In this document: positions 1 through 14,829 of the stretch, piece by piece | Layout of the letters: each line of letters starts with the position of its first letter | Numbering within the stretch: the first letter of the stretch is position 1 | Assembly (NCBI GenBank): GCA_964016885.1 | Contig: OZ024750.1 | Location: 26,722,001-26,786,000 of the forward strand | DNA length: 64,000 nucleotides | Reading direction: 5' to 3' | DNA from: Eledone cirrhosa | Taxonomy: Eukaryota | Program-made: the position numbers and the translations under genes | Notes under the pieces: model-generated | The model's database searches: none | What the model was told of the DNA's origin: nothing | The model's input: only the letters and a program-made list of their open reading frames with translations

Positions 1-306
1 TTAACCACAAGGGTTGACATCAAGCATAACATTAAGGAAAGCACAGGACAATACAGGACGGTACAGAACGGTACAAATGGGCATTTCTGCATGTAAAAAA
101 AAAAAAAATTATATTCATAAAAAGAAACAAGGAAAAAATTCCTCAAATGGGGAAGGTGGAGGAGACATCCGAGGATCACTCATGGAGAAAGCTCACAAAA
201 AAGCCAGTGTTACCCTGACGGCTAGGGTAAGTGCCCTCTTCCACTCTTCATTCTACGATACTACAGGCACACAATGGTTTCTTAGCTATACAAGACTGCT
301 GTTGAT

Positions 307-414
307 AATTGTTTCTACTTTTGGCACAAGGCCAGCAATTAACCCCAGAGCATTACTGGTACTTTATTTTATCGACCCCGTAAGGATGAAAGGCAAAGTT
401 AACCTCGGCGGGAT
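307..414 (-). mobile_element. tRNA-derived SINE, family A, 5'-truncated
   Basis: Reverse complement of the body GCCTTTCATCCTTACGGGGTCGATAAAATAAAGTACCAG...GGCCTTGTGCCAAAAGTAGAAACAATT seen in full at 29094 and 32706. Confidence 0.85.
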
Positions 415-1010
415 TATTGATAATAATTTCAAATTTTGACCGAGATTCAGTCCCAGGTGATAGTTAATTCACTTCACTAACGTCGTTGATACCCCTGCCA
501 AAGAATTAAGTTTCATTTAATCTTTCACTTTCCTGTGAAACTACTGGTTTGGAACGAAAGAAATCAATATAGCATAAACGTTCCATTAATTACAATATGG
601 ATCTATTTGTATATATATGTCACAGTTTTCTATACGATACGTTTACGATTAAATAGCTGCCCTTTTCGTCATGAATATTCGACAATTAAACTCTGTATTC
701 ATAACCACGTTTCTACCACATGATGCTTACTTCCTCGTTTACTTAATATTTATAAAACTTAAGAAACGAATCTGTGTAATAATACAATTTTTTTAGGTTT
801 CTTTTAATTTCACTTTTTTTTTCTTAGCTGTTTTTGTTGTTGTTTTTAGAGTACAGTAATGTCATGTAAGAAACACCGGAAGTAGAATGGGTTGCAGGTA
901 ACGCCATCTGGAAGAGATTAATCAAATTCGGTTTAGTTTTGGCCTGTAAGGTTTCACATGTCGCTCTTGACACTGGCTGTAGATTATTTAAACAGTGCTT
1001 CTCATCTTCT

Positions 1011-1097
<87 letters not shown>

Positions 1098-1130
1098 TTA
1101 TGTATATATATGTATATATATTTGTGTGTG

Positions 1131-1186
<56 letters not shown>

Positions 1187-1522
1187 TGTGTATGTGTATA
1201 TATGTGTGTGTGAATATATATATATATAAGTTAAAACAATGAAATAAAAAATCAAGTCATTAGAGATATACTTTACTGCTTTACGATCGTTTCTAGGTGA
1301 TGACTATACATTGTAGCTATACTTCGTTATTGATCTATGTAAGGTTAGTTACAAAATATCAGATAAAGAGAATATTTACTTATATGCATATCACCAGCTG
1401 TTTTACCTTATATTATGACTTTGTTTTCTGGGATTTATCTTAACCTACAATATTTTCAACATATGGATTACACTGAGTTCTTCATGCAGAACAGACACCA
1501 CAACTTACCGTGGATATCTCTG

Positions 1523-1588
<66 letters not shown>

Positions 1589-1649
1589 TATGTGGGTGTG
1601 TGTGTGTGTATATATATATATATGTGTGTGTATGTGTATATATATAATG

Positions 1650-1690
<41 letters not shown>

Positions 1691-1702
1691 ATGTGTGTGT
1701 GT

Positions 1703-1763
<61 letters not shown>

Positions 1764-1790
1764 ATGTATGTATATATATATATATATTTT
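1011..1790. repeat. (TA)n/(TG)n microsatellite clusters
   Basis: Seen directly; source of the YI/CV/HT pseudo-ORFs. Confidence 0.95.
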
Positions 1791-1985
1791 TTTTTTTTTC
1801 ATATTTATTTATTTATTCATTGTGCAATGAAAAAAGGAAGAAGAGAAAGAAAGAAATGTAAGCAGTATTTCTAGTAATCCAACACAACGATAGGGACGTT
1901 AGTGATAATGGTGACAGCAACAACGACAACCGCAACATCATGGTGAAATGTAATAAACACCAACCTATCTCTGTGTCATTAGATT

Positions 1986-1987
<2 letters not shown>

Positions 1988-2026
<39 letters not shown>

Positions 2027-2039
2027 CTGCTGCTGCTGT

Positions 2040-2074
<35 letters not shown>

Positions 2075-2087
2075 CTGCTGCTGCTGT

Positions 2088-2134
<47 letters not shown>

Positions 2135-2168
2135 CTGCTGCTGTTACTACTACTACTACTACTACTAG

Positions 2169-2200
<32 letters not shown>

Positions 2201-2201
2201 T

Positions 2202-2260
<59 letters not shown>

Positions 2261-2330
2261 CTGCTGCTGTTACTACTACTACTACTACTAGTACTACTAC
2301 TACTACTGCTCCTGTTGCTGCTGCTGCTGT

Positions 2331-2399
<69 letters not shown>

Positions 2400-2400
2400 G
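1988..2400. repeat. (ACT)n trinucleotide array with higher-order CCTGCTGCTGTT interruptions
   Basis: Seen directly. Confidence 0.95.
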
Positions 2401-3318
2401 TACGCTAACTTCCTAACCTCGGTCTGCCTGACTCTGAATATGAGTTTTATGAAGGACGTGTCATAGGTCCGGTGTGTACACCTGTTCACAGTTACACCTG
2501 TCCAGCAGTTTCGGCAGGTGTCTTATTCTTAGATCTTATATGAGAACCATCCTTTGTTGGTATCACAAATCTTCCTTGTAGAAGGAAAGATTGGCAGCAA
2601 ATGAAGCTCCTGGACCTCGGAACCTGCCTCTTCCACGACAGGTACAGTAGTATATGGTCTAAGCTAGTTATATATGTCCTTGGATGATGCATAGTGGTCA
2701 CCAGCGAAGGTACATCGGTGTTAACTACATCTGTCCGACTTTTTTTGCGTGATAGATTCTGAGTGAAACTGACCACTCTGTTTGTAGGATCTTTTCAGTA
2801 TTCATCCATCTACAGATCTAGTCGGGATCGAGCAGCAAGCACTTTAAGCGAACCCTCAATCCAGCGAATGAAATCTCCGCCCGCATTAATTTGCCTTTCT
2901 AAGTACATATTTGGAAACCTATCGACATGTTCCCGTTAATGTATGTTCCCATAAACTGTTCGTTCTCCTCGAGAATGGACAGACTACTTCCATGTTTCTA
3001 TTTTTCCTACACCAATCTCGATGACATTAACTGCGAATGAAGACACAGCTCAGAGCCCCAGTTTGAACAAGATCTCATTTAACTGCTCTAAACTACACAA
3101 CCGTGGAACATATGAAGACAAAGCTCTCTGAGCCCCAGTTTGATCACGTGTTTCTTCAACTGGTCTAAACTACACAACAGTAGAACCAGCATAAAAAAAC
3201 AATGCCTATTTGCTAACATGTTTGCTTAACTTTGTACGTAAGACATATTGCTTATATTGTTTCAGAGACAAACATACATATAAATAAACAAAAAGAAAAA
3301 TAGATAGATACACAGTGT

Positions 3319-3375
<57 letters not shown>

Positions 3376-3430
3376 ATATATAATATTCAAAATATTAATA
3401 AATGAGAAATATTTTGATAACCAAAGTATA

Positions 3431-3493
3431 TATTTTATTATACATATTTCAAGGGTACAATGGATTTTGAGAACGCTTTCGTCAGATAAAACA
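3431..3493 (-). ncRNA. Degenerate hammerhead ribozyme (same family as 10673/12864)
   Basis: Minus strand reads GTTTTAT-CTGACGA-...-GAAA-TATGTATA-ATAAAAT; stem II is poorly paired. Confidence 0.5.
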
Positions 3494-3545
3494 TAAGAGA
3501 TTGGTTATTAGACATACCCCTAAGGTCTTCTACCTACAATCCCTG

Positions 3546-3598
<53 letters not shown>

Positions 3599-4409
3599 TC
3601 GGGAATTAGTGATTTAATCCTGGTATGTATATAAGCATTTCTAACTTTAATTTTATACCCAATTGTGTATGGTTGACCGTATATTTAATTAATTTCCACG
3701 TGCTGTAAAAATGTTGGGTAGATATTCTATAGCGGTTGGCCGCGAAGAGGTTGCTATCGTATATTTATTTACTGTTTCTTCATAGGTGCCTTTTAATCTT
3801 ATAGCCTGGTCTAATTGATCTTTTGTCTGGTTAATTATGCTAACAGTGAGTGAACACATTGATACCTGTGCCACCCAAAATCATCCCAACTTTAGAATCG
3901 TTCCCCTCTACAAATTTAAAGATACGGACCCCGTCTAAACACTTCTCCCCAAGACGAACCCACAACATACACACGTCAACATACATACCTACATCAACAT
4001 ACATCCTGCATACATTTCTATCCACATATAAACACAATGACATACGTAAACACACATGTTCTATGGTGCAACACAAATATACACAAATTTGCATACCTTT
4101 TGATGTCTATAGATATAAACGTGCCGACACACACACACACATATACGCACACATGCATTGCACACTGATGGGAACATACATATTTGTACACAAGTATTCC
4201 CATACGGCAGGGCCTGATGGATTCCCCTTGCAGTACGTACAATCTGGACACTCACACACACTTTGATGTTATGACAATACTATATATCATTTCACACCTT
4301 TTATTATAAATGTTTTTGATGTTCTTTTGAGAGAATCGTTTTTGCAAATTACTGAAAATATCGAATAATGTACATCAGTTTTACAAGTATCTCAAAAATA
4401 CTGGTCCAT

Positions 4410-4500
<91 letters not shown>

Positions 4501-4547
4501 TATACACACACATATACACACACACACATACACACGCGTACACTAAA

Positions 4548-4607
<60 letters not shown>

Positions 4608-5365
4608 CTCCGTATAAGAGAAGAGCTGAAAAATATCTTTCAACATGTTAAAATATCCCCCACACACCTGCAGACACATTCCCACTGACCGAATCCCTCT
4701 ACCACGAACCACTCTGCTACACATACACACACACATACATATTTGTCTTAATAGACACCTGAACTGTTGACCTTTCAACATGACTGCAATTCACACCACA
4801 TCCCTACTGACAATTATCACAACAATGAACCTCTTTACTACACACACACACACACACACACACATATATTTGTCTTAAAAGACTTATTTTACAATGACTT
4901 CTAAGTCAGTCGAAAAAGGACACTCTTCGACAAACCTACATTTGGCGTAAAATCAATTTTTAACATTCACGTGAACTCTACCGACCAATCAAAATTATTT
5001 TGACTGCAAGAATTTTTGCAACACGAATTGACGCGAAATTTATAGTACTCATTCACGTGACATTCAACAACCAACCAAATCTTAATACCTCTGGAGCCAC
5101 TTTTTTCACATAAAACAGGAAGAAATTCCAAAACTGATCAGATTAGAGCAACCATCACGGGCGTTCTATCTCAAAATTATTTTTGAAAAGCATTAGAAAT
5201 GCGCAACCGGTAAAAACTTAAAACTAAAACTGAATACTAACCAATACTTATTACTAATTTATACTTATTCCTAATTAAACTATTTTTCACTGGGAAAAAT
5301 TTGTCGGCATTTGCTTTTCCTTTTACTAATATATCACGACTCGTGTGTTTCACATCTATTCTTTT

Positions 5366-5702
<337 letters not shown>

Positions 5703-6084
5703 GAGATAGGTAGGTAGGTAGATTGATTACCATATCGTTTATTTCCACAGTAATAAGAAACCAAAAGACGTATAATAAATAGTATTTACATGAGATTAAT
5801 GGGGAAATATATTCGAAAGACGGACAAAACTACGGCAGAATTTTCATATAGATATGGGAGAATTATATTGATAATCCTATTAAAACATATTGTAAATTGT
5901 ATTAAATTAAAATTATATTAAAACATACTGAAATAGGGTGAGAAACAAATCTTCTGTTGCAGATTAATGTATGCACATTTATATTTAACGTGATTTTTTA
6001 TATAAATAGTTTGTTTCAAGAAGAACGGAGACGAGCTCTGGACAGTGATCGGTTGTATATCCCTTAATAAACGACTTGGTTGTG

Positions 6085-6272
6085 TTTTAACTGATTAAGC
6101 TTCGAATCAACATGTAAGCGTGGTTTAACTACTTAAACCTCGAATCAACATGTAAGTGTTGTTTAACTACTTAAGCTTCTAATCAACATGTAATAGTGGT
6201 TGAACTAATTGAGCTTCCAATCAATATGTAAGCGTGGCTTAACTAATTAACCTTCAAATTGACATGTAAGCG
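6085..6272. repeat. ~38 bp minisatellite, ~5 diverged copies
   Basis: Unit approximately TTAAGCTTCGAATCAACATGTAAGCGTGGTTTAACTAC. Confidence 0.85.
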
Positions 6273-6844
6273 AGCATCAATCTTAGTCAATGATCTAGGT
6301 TTGATTGCAAACAGAAGACTGACGTTACACCTGGACAATTATATATTCAAGAAAGGTATGAACATCACCCAACCTCTTTTTAAGAAATGTGGTTTTCTCC
6401 CAATTCAGTCTGTAAAAGAAAACAGAAAAAATAAGACAAAACACAACAGAACAAGCGACAGTGTGTTATTATTATACAATCTAATTTCTTGGATTATATA
6501 AATAATGAGACAAGACGGAAGTGAGGCAACATATCTTATAAATCATCCTGTTTGTCTGTCTGTGTGTTGCTGACAGCTGCGATTGTTGAGGCAAAGTCTT
6601 TTCACAATTTTGCTATATCAGCGAAAAACGCACTCGTTTCCCAGCTGAGTTTCGCTGTAAAAACCTAACCATAATGTATACAATATAACAATTTTTATAA
6701 ATTAACTGACGTCCGGAAAACATATTCTTTTACTCTTTTACTGGTTTCAGTTATTAGACTGACGTCAGCTAGGCTGAGGCATCGTTTAGATTTAGTCGGT
6801 ATAAAGAGTCCGTTGTTTATTGTATCAGGTCTTGCACCCATTTC

Positions 6845-7167
6845 ATTACTGGTACTTTATTTTATCGACCGCTTAAGGATGAAAGGCAAAGTTTACCTCG
6901 GCGGGATTTGAACTCAGACCATAAAGGGCCGTAACTCTTTGCTACAATGCATGGCGTCCGACTGCCCATCCACGCCCTTTGAATAAATAATTGTTTCTAC
7001 TTTTGGCACAAGACCAGCAAATATACCAGTGTATTACTGGTACTTTATTTTATCGACCCCATAAGGATGAAAGGCAAAGTTAACCTCGGCGGGGTTTGAA
7101 CTAAGACCATAAAGGGCCGTAACTCTATGCTAAAAACATGGTGTCTGACTCTGTACCAATACTGCCA
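6845..7167 (-). mobile_element. Two adjacent SINE family A copies
   Basis: Copies at ~6845-6963 and ~6989-7167 match the reverse complement of 29094-29280. Confidence 0.85.
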
Positions 7168-7739
7168 AGAATAAATAATGAATGAATATTACATAATTTA
7201 ACTACTAGCTTTTGTGGCTGTTCATTAAATATATTTTGTTTATTTAAAGATTCCCTTCTTTAAAATTTCTGAAATGTCAACACTTCCGGTTGGCAATCGC
7301 TTAAATAAACATACTAATTTGCCGTCACTAATTTTCTCCTAATGCAGTTTATATATAATATCGTCTTTTTTAATGTATCACGGATTACGTTACTGATTAA
7401 ATAAAAGAGTGTAACGCAGTCTTCGTTCAATTTCTATGTATTACAATTACGATTTCATTTGATGTATCATATATACATGTATATATATACTTGCGTATAA
7501 TATCAATATACACACTACACATGTTATAGGGTGGTTTTTCTGCTAGTTCTATATAACAATGTATAATGACCATAGAGTTGTTTAAACCTCGTCATTTAAG
7601 GTGAAAATAAATGGTTGACAAATATATTCTTGGCATTTATATGGCGAAGACATACGGGACATCTCTTTTATTTAATACTGAATCAAATAATACCTTATAA
7701 ATATCTACTATATTATTATCATCTTCTCCCTCCCTATTC

Positions 7740-8825
7740 TTTCTTTACTATCTTCTTCCCTTTCTCTCCCTCTTGCATTGCTGTCTTTCTCTCTTTGTCT
7801 CTCTATCTCTCTCACTGCTGTCTTTCTCTCCCTCTTCTCTCTCCCCCACACTTCTTTCTTTCTTTCTCTTCTCTCTCTCATACACTGCTATCTCTCTCTC
7901 TCTCTCTCTCTTCTCTCACACATTGTTATCTTTCTCTCTCTCACACACTGCTATCTTTATCTCTCTCTCTCTCACTGCTATTTTTCTCTCTTTCTTCTCT
8001 CTCTCTCACACACTTCTACCTTTCTCTCTCTTTTCTCTCACCCTGTCACATTTCTCTTTCTTTTCTCTCACCCTGTCATCTTTTTCTCTCTTCTCTCACA
8101 CTGTCAACTCCCTCTTTTTACTCTCTCACACTGTCGTATTTCTCTCTCTATACTGTCGTATTTCCCTCTCTCTATACTCTCACACTGTCGTATTTCCCTC
8201 TCTCTATACTCTCACACTGTTGTATTTCTCTCTCTATACTCTCACACTGTCGTATTTTCCTCTCTCTCTACTCTCACACTGTCGTATTTCTCTCTTTATT
8301 CTCTCACACTGTCGTATTTCTCTCTCTCTACTCTCACACTGTCGTATTTCCCTCTCTCTATACTCTCACACTGTCGTATTTCCCTCTCTCTCTACTCTCA
8401 CACTGTCGTATTTCTCTCTTTATTCTCTCACACTGATGTATTTCCCTCTCTCTATACTCTCACTGTCGTATTTCTCTCTCTATACACTCACACTGTCATA
8501 TTTCCCTCTCTCTATACTCTCACTGTCGTATTTCTCTCTCTATACTCTCACACTGTCGTATTTCTCTCTCTATACCCTCATTGTCGTATTTCCCTCTCTC
8601 TATACTCTCACTGTCGTATTTCTCTCTTTATTCTCTCACACTGTCGTATTTCCCTCTCTCTATACTCTCACACTGTCGTATTTCCCTCTCTCTATACTCT
8701 CACACTGTCGTATTTCCCTCCCTCTCTACTCTCACACTGTCGTATTTCCCTCTCTATTCTCTCTCACACTATCTTCTCTCTCTCTCTCTCTCTATCTCTC
8801 TCTTACCATCTCTCTCTCTCTCTTC
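7740..8825. repeat. CT-rich region with ~28-31 bp minisatellite (CTCTCACACTGTCGTATTTCCCTCTCTCTATA)n
   Basis: Roughly 20 or more tandem units between 8110 and 8770; explains the three overlapping long ORFs. Confidence 0.93.
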
Positions 8826-8938
8826 GCCAAGAATTTGAAGGGGGGGGGGGGGACGTCGATTAAATCGATTCCAGTAAATTACTGGTACTTTAATTTATCG
8901 ACCACGTAAGGAACTATACTAAATTGACTTTGTTGTGA

Positions 8939-9118
8939 ATTGGCAGTATCGGTAGAGGGTTGGACGCCATTCTTTCTAGCATAGTTACGTCCCTTTACGA
9001 TCTGATTTCAAATCCCGTCGAGGTTAACTTTGTCTTTCATCCTTATGGGGTCGATAAAATAAAGTACCAGTAATGTACTGGGTGTTTTTGCTGGCCTTGT
9101 GCCAAAAGTAGAAACAGT
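8939..9118 (+). mobile_element. SINE family A
   Basis: Matches 29094-29280 over its whole length. Confidence 0.88.
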
Positions 9119-9251
9119 TATATATTATTCATTTAAGTGAACCTCGTTATGTGCTTCTAGAGATCAACCCAAACATAGCTGGCCATCTTAAAATATGTCA
9201 GCCGTTAATATAACAAACAGTTCAACGCCATCTAATTGGAGGATGAGGTAA

Positions 9252-9267
9252 CTACCACTACTACCAT

Positions 9268-9321
<54 letters not shown>

Positions 9322-9324
9322 CAT

Positions 9325-9378
<54 letters not shown>

Positions 9379-9381
9379 CAT

Positions 9382-9433
<52 letters not shown>

Positions 9434-9559
9434 TCTACTACTATTACCACCGCTACCACCACCACCACCACCACCACCAATACTACTACTACTACTACTA
9501 CTACTACTACCACTACTACTACTACTACCACTACCACCTCTACTAATATTACCACCGCT

Positions 9560-9603
<44 letters not shown>

Positions 9604-9615
9604 CACCACCACCAG

Positions 9616-9690
<75 letters not shown>

Positions 9691-9730
9691 CACCAGCACT
9701 ACTACTACTACTACTACTTATATTACTATA
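9252..9730. repeat. (ACT)n/(ACC)n array
   Basis: Seen directly. Confidence 0.95.
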
Positions 9731-9814
9731 AAAAAAGCCAAAGTTCAGTGTATCTGACCTCTAAAAACTCTCACATCTCTTGTTGCTTCAGGCAAGATGG
9801 CGGCGAAGGTGCGG

Positions 9815-10160
9815 ACGGGACAGACACGGGGTGAGGGTGGGGTAGAGACGTCGGGACCAGGGACGGGGGAGAGACATATGGTGGTGAGGGTGGGAAGGTA
9901 GAGACGGCTGGGACCAGGGACAGGATGGAGTGTGGGGTACAGACACGCTGGTGAGGGTGGTGTGGGGGTGGAGACGACGGGAACCAGGGAGAGGAAAGGG
10001 TGCGTGGGGGAGCGGAGTAATAAGGGCTGGGGCGAGACAGATACGTTGGTGGGGCGGTAGAGACGGCGGGGACCAGGGATGAGTTTGGGTGGGGATAGTG
10101 GGTGGGAGAGGAGTAATAAGGGCTGGGGGGACAGACACAGTGGTAGAGGATGGAGAGGTA
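9815..10160. repeat. G-rich ~60-85 bp diverged minisatellite
   Basis: Recurring GGTAGAGACGGCGGGACCAGGGA and GACAGACAC motifs. Confidence 0.7.
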
Positions 10161-10672
10161 GAGTATAGACGGTGGGACTATGGACGTTGTTGGGGGGAGT
10201 GGCGGAGACATACAGACAGTGGTGGTCGTGGTGGGGGTGGGGGTGGTATTGCGGAGATAAAGGCGGTGTGGGAGAGGGAAGTATGGATGGGTGGACTACA
10301 GACGGTGTGTATGTATGTGTGTGAGGGTGTGGTGGGGGCTAAGGCCGGTGAGCCCAGTGGTGGTGGTGCGGTGAAATTAGAGTAAAAAAGACGGTGGATG
10401 ATGTGAAGGAGGGACAAGCTTTCTATTACTGGGGAGTGCATGTGTGTGTGTGTGTGCGTGTGTGTCTTTGTAATTGTGGTTATATTTGTGTCTGTATGTG
10501 TGTGTGTGTGTGGTTGTGTGTATACATATGTATTTGTGTGTGTCTGTATGTGTGTGTCTGCATGCGTGTGTGATGGTGTGTATACATGCATGTGTAATTA
10601 TACGTACATACATACATATATATATATATTAATTCAAAATATTAACAAAATAGATATTCTTGTGATCAAGTA

Positions 10673-10739
10673 TATTTTATTATACATATTTCAGAGGTAC
10701 TGAGTTAAGTTCAACAGTACGTCCTCATCAGATAAAATA
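10673..10739 (-). ncRNA. Type I minimal hammerhead ribozyme
   Basis: Inverted copy of 12864-12930. Confidence 0.7.
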
Positions 10740-12662
10740 AGACGATGCATGACATACCCTAACATAGTAAATGGTTAAGATTCAGTCATGGTAGTGAGTA
10801 ATATATGACAAAACTCAATATTTATATACCTTAATATTGAGAACATGAGAAAAATATATAATACATACAATAGAGAGGGTGCGTGTGAGACAGCTTAAAA
10901 AATACATGGCATCAATATAACTGTTAAAAAAAAAAAAATTACTGAAGAAAGAGGAAAGAAAGGAAAGCATAGAGGAAGAAACAGCTGATGGGATAATATA
11001 GTTAGTAGTTGCCTCGAAAGACAAAAGAGAGTTGATTACAGAGAGAGAGAGACAAAGGGGAATAATTTATGTTCAAGTTTATAGACAATAATCCATATAT
11101 ACAATATATATCTAAACTTATTTGGTTGACCGTTAATATTCAAAATATTTAATTTCAGTTAGTTTAGAGTAATGAATAATATTTTACGTTTTAAAAGTTA
11201 ATAGGTACCTGTATTAATATTAAAGTATACTATCAAGTTTAATTTCTAAAATTCAAATTTTATGAAATCAAATTTAAAGGATTTACAAACACGAGAAAGA
11301 AAACATAATGTTTTTACAACCTCACGAAGGTAAACTTTACCAAAATTATTTATAATATTGACAACTGTTTATATAATATAATTTATAAAATAATTACAGT
11401 TATAATTATTAAAGAATTTATGATTAACAATGTGAGTGCCTAAAGAATCAACAGGCCTCATAATTAAACTTAAAGAAATCTGAATTTTAAATTACATATA
11501 TGTGCTAATCAAAAAAATGTACAAGGATTATATTGTCTAAAGCTAACATAATACAATAATACAATATAGTATATAAGTTACTGAAAATATTGTTAAAAAT
11601 TAATGTTTTATATCAATTATTGTAAAAGGATCATTTAATTGATATATACTATAAATATACAAGTCAAAACTACATAAGTCCTAAGGATAAAGGCTAGATA
11701 CAAAATAAAAATAAAAAGTGAAAAATAATGAATTGTTTGCGAAACTTAAAAATGCTCAATATTAAAAATATAGTTTAAAATGTAATAGGGTTTTAATATA
11801 TAGTAGACAAAAGATACTTCTAAAATGTCCAGCGAATGTGATAGAAAGAGGAGCTAAATACTTGAAAAGTAATCTAAATTTAATTAAAATAAATTAAATT
11901 ATATTAAATTAAGTAATAATCATTATATAATTTCGAACATCCAGGGAATATCCAACATTTATAACAATAGAGAGACATTTGAGTATCTAAATTATTTATA
12001 AATGTACCTACGAGTATGTTATTTCACTAGATAAACATATTTGTACAACTATATAGAGAGAGTATTATAGGTATTAATGAAACGATATACATTTAATAAA
12101 TAAATAATTATAATCATTTATTAGTAATGCTATAATTCTAGATATATATAAAAATATATAAGTGCAAATCTAACTTTCTGAGTCTCCAAAACATACCCAA
12201 AATGAGTAAAATATATAAATGCATGAATGATCTACGGTTCAATTATAATCGGTAATCTTACAAGTTAAATATCCAGTTTATATATTTAAAACATACATAG
12301 TACATACATACAGACACACATACATACATACGTACGCATGGTTGAGTGTATACATATGTATTTGTATGTGTCTGTATGTGTGTGTCTGCATGCGTGTGTG
12401 GTTGTGTGTATACATGCGTGTGTATGTATACATATGTATGTGTGTTTATACATATGTATGTGTGTGTGTGTATGTGTACGTGTGTGTGGTTGTGTGTATA
12501 AATGCCTGTGTATGTATATTTATATACCTTAATATTGAGAACATGAATGTGTGTGTATACATATGTGTGTGTGTACGTGTGTGTGGTTGTGTGTATAAAT
12601 GCATGTGTATGTATACATATGTATATGTGTGTGTATGTTTGGATTTGTGGTTGTGTGTGTGT

Positions 12663-12704
<42 letters not shown>

Positions 12705-12863
12705 GTGTGTGTGTTTGTATGTGTGTGTGGTTGTATATATGAGTGAGTATATATTCATGTTCTCAATATTAAGGTATATAAATATTGAGTTTTGTTATAT
12801 ATTACTCACTACCATGACTGAATCTTAACCATCTACTATGTCAGGGTATGTCATGCATCATCT

Positions 12864-12930
12864 TATTTTATCTGATGAGGACGTACTGTTGCACGTAACT
12901 CAGTACCTCTGAAATATGTATAATAAAATA
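12864..12930 (+). ncRNA. Type I minimal hammerhead ribozyme
   Basis: Stem I TATTTTAT/ATAAAATA; CTGATGA; stem II core GTACTG/CAGTAC; GAAA; short stem III TATGT followed by cleavage triplet ATA. Confidence 0.72.
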
Positions 12931-13083
12931 TACTTGCTCACAAGAATATCTATTGAATTAATATTAATAACTTTGGAAAACCATAGCTGTTGAGTGCTTC
13001 CAATCTATTGTAAAACTCATTCTTTGATTTATTCATTGAACCTTGTTAAACATTTAAATATATATATATATATACATATATAC

Positions 13084-13148
<65 letters not shown>

Positions 13149-13619
13149 CATATATATACATACATACATATATATACATACATACATATATATATATACA
13201 TACATATATACATACACAAATATATACATATGCATACATACACACACATGCATAAACAACCACCCACACACACAACCACACATAATTAGTCATACACATA
13301 CAACCACAATTACAAAAACTCACACACGCATATACATATGAATACATACTCACTCATATATACAACCACACACACATACAGACACACACAACCACAAATC
13401 CAAACATACACACACATATGCATACGTATACATACACAGGCATTTATACACACAACCACACACACGTACACATACACACACACACATACATATGTATACA
13501 CACACATACATATGTATACATACACACGCATGTATAGACACAACCACACGCACATGCAGACACACACATACACACATACAAATACATATGTATACACACA
13601 ACCATACGTACGTATGTAT

Positions 13620-14075
13620 GTATGTATGTGTGTTACTATGTATGTATATGTGTTATTATGTATGTATATGTGTTACTATGTATGTATATGTGTTACTATG
13701 TATGTATATTTGTTACTATGTATGTTTGTATGTTACTATGTATGTATGTATGTTACTATGTATGTATATGTGTTACTATGTATCTATGTATATGTGTTAC
13801 TATGTATGTATATGTGTTACTATGTATGTATCTATGTTACTATGTATGTATATGCGTTACTATGTATGTATATGTGTTACTATGTATATATGTATATGTG
13901 TTACTATCTATGTATGTATGTTACTATGTATGTATATGTGTTACTTTGTAAGTATGTATATGTATTACTATGTATGTATATGTATTACTATGCATCTATG
14001 TATATGTGTTACTATGTAAGTATATGTGTTACTATGTATGTATGTATGTATGTTACTATGTATGTATGTATATGT
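13620..14075. repeat. 20-26 bp minisatellite (TGTGTTACTATGTATGTATA)n
   Basis: Seen directly; abuts the 3' end of the minus-strand RTE fragment and may be its expanded tail. Confidence 0.9.
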
Positions 14076-14078
14076 ATT

Positions 14079-14570
14079 CTAGGGCGGGTAAAATTCCCGA
14101 GATCCATGGACGAGTTCTCTCCAGCGGTCTCTGTCCCTCGTTATCGCTGCCATGTCCTGTATCTCCAAAAGACCAGTGTCTGTCCTTAGGGCATCAACAT
14201 ACGTTAACCCTGGTCTTCCTCTTCCAGTGTGTCCATGTAGGGGGTCACACAGGAGCACTGAGTGCAATGTCAACTCTGGATGTCGGTGAGCATGTCCAGC
14301 TAACCCCAGACTCCTCTGCGTCACTTTTGAGCTGACTTTTGGGAGGCTCCCATACAGCTCTGAGTTTTTCATCCTCAGTGTATACTGATTAACGTTCAGC
14401 GCCACCCTCAGCATTCTCGTGTAGCAGCCATCCACCATCTGAGTGAGTCTCTTGGTCAGTGTCCAAGTCTCAGACCCGTACAGCAGCACAGACTCCACTA
14501 CAGCAATGAAGAGGCAGATGTTCAGGTCTTTACGAAGGTCCGACTTCCACACTGATCTCAAGCTGTGGCA
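14079..14570 (-). mobile_element. 5'-truncated RTE-group LINE, C-terminal part of the RT ORF
   Basis: ORF contains VESVLLYGSETWTLT, YTRMLRVALN, LAGHAHRH, GRGRPGLTYVD and RDRDRWR, typical of the post-RT region of RTE/RTEX LINEs. Confidence 0.85.
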
Positions 14571-14829
14571 CGCCGCCCCGGAGAGCCACAGCTTGAGATC
14601 AGTGTGGAAGATCTATGCTAAGATCAATGCTAAGATCTGCTAATTAATATCGAAAAACAAATGTGGCACCTCATGGCCGTTACAATACCAGTGAGTGTGG
14701 GAGCACTGGGTATGATCAAGAAAGTACTGCACACATATTGAGAAGAGCACTATCTCTGTAAGAAGGATATCCCTCCATTTGGAAAGAAGCAGAACTCAAA
14801 GCAAGTTTCGAATCATCATCATCATAATA

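Larger units (their letters stand above)
10650..12955. mobile_element. Penelope-type non-coding fold-back insertion with ~200 bp inverted termini
   Basis: 10650-10848 is the reverse complement of 12756-12955; each arm carries a hammerhead facing outward; the interior is AT-rich. Confidence 0.7.

Noticed and set aside
850-897. Possible small exon (ttttag...CAGgtaac)
   Set aside because: It has splice-like signals only, with no recognisable protein similarity.
1275-1335. Minus-strand GAAACGATCGTA resembling a hammerhead 3' half
   Set aside because: No CUGANGA box is present; at best a decayed relic.
2400-3190. Possible decayed LINE and a ~75 bp tandem duplication
   Set aside because: The motifs are too eroded to assign.
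8100-8770. CRISPR-like regular repeats
   Set aside because: There are no unique spacers and no cas genes, and the context is eukaryotic; this is a minisatellite.
9236-9757. Poly-Thr ORF as a mucin exon
   Set aside because: It is a pure ACT/ACC microsatellite with no convincing splice context or start.
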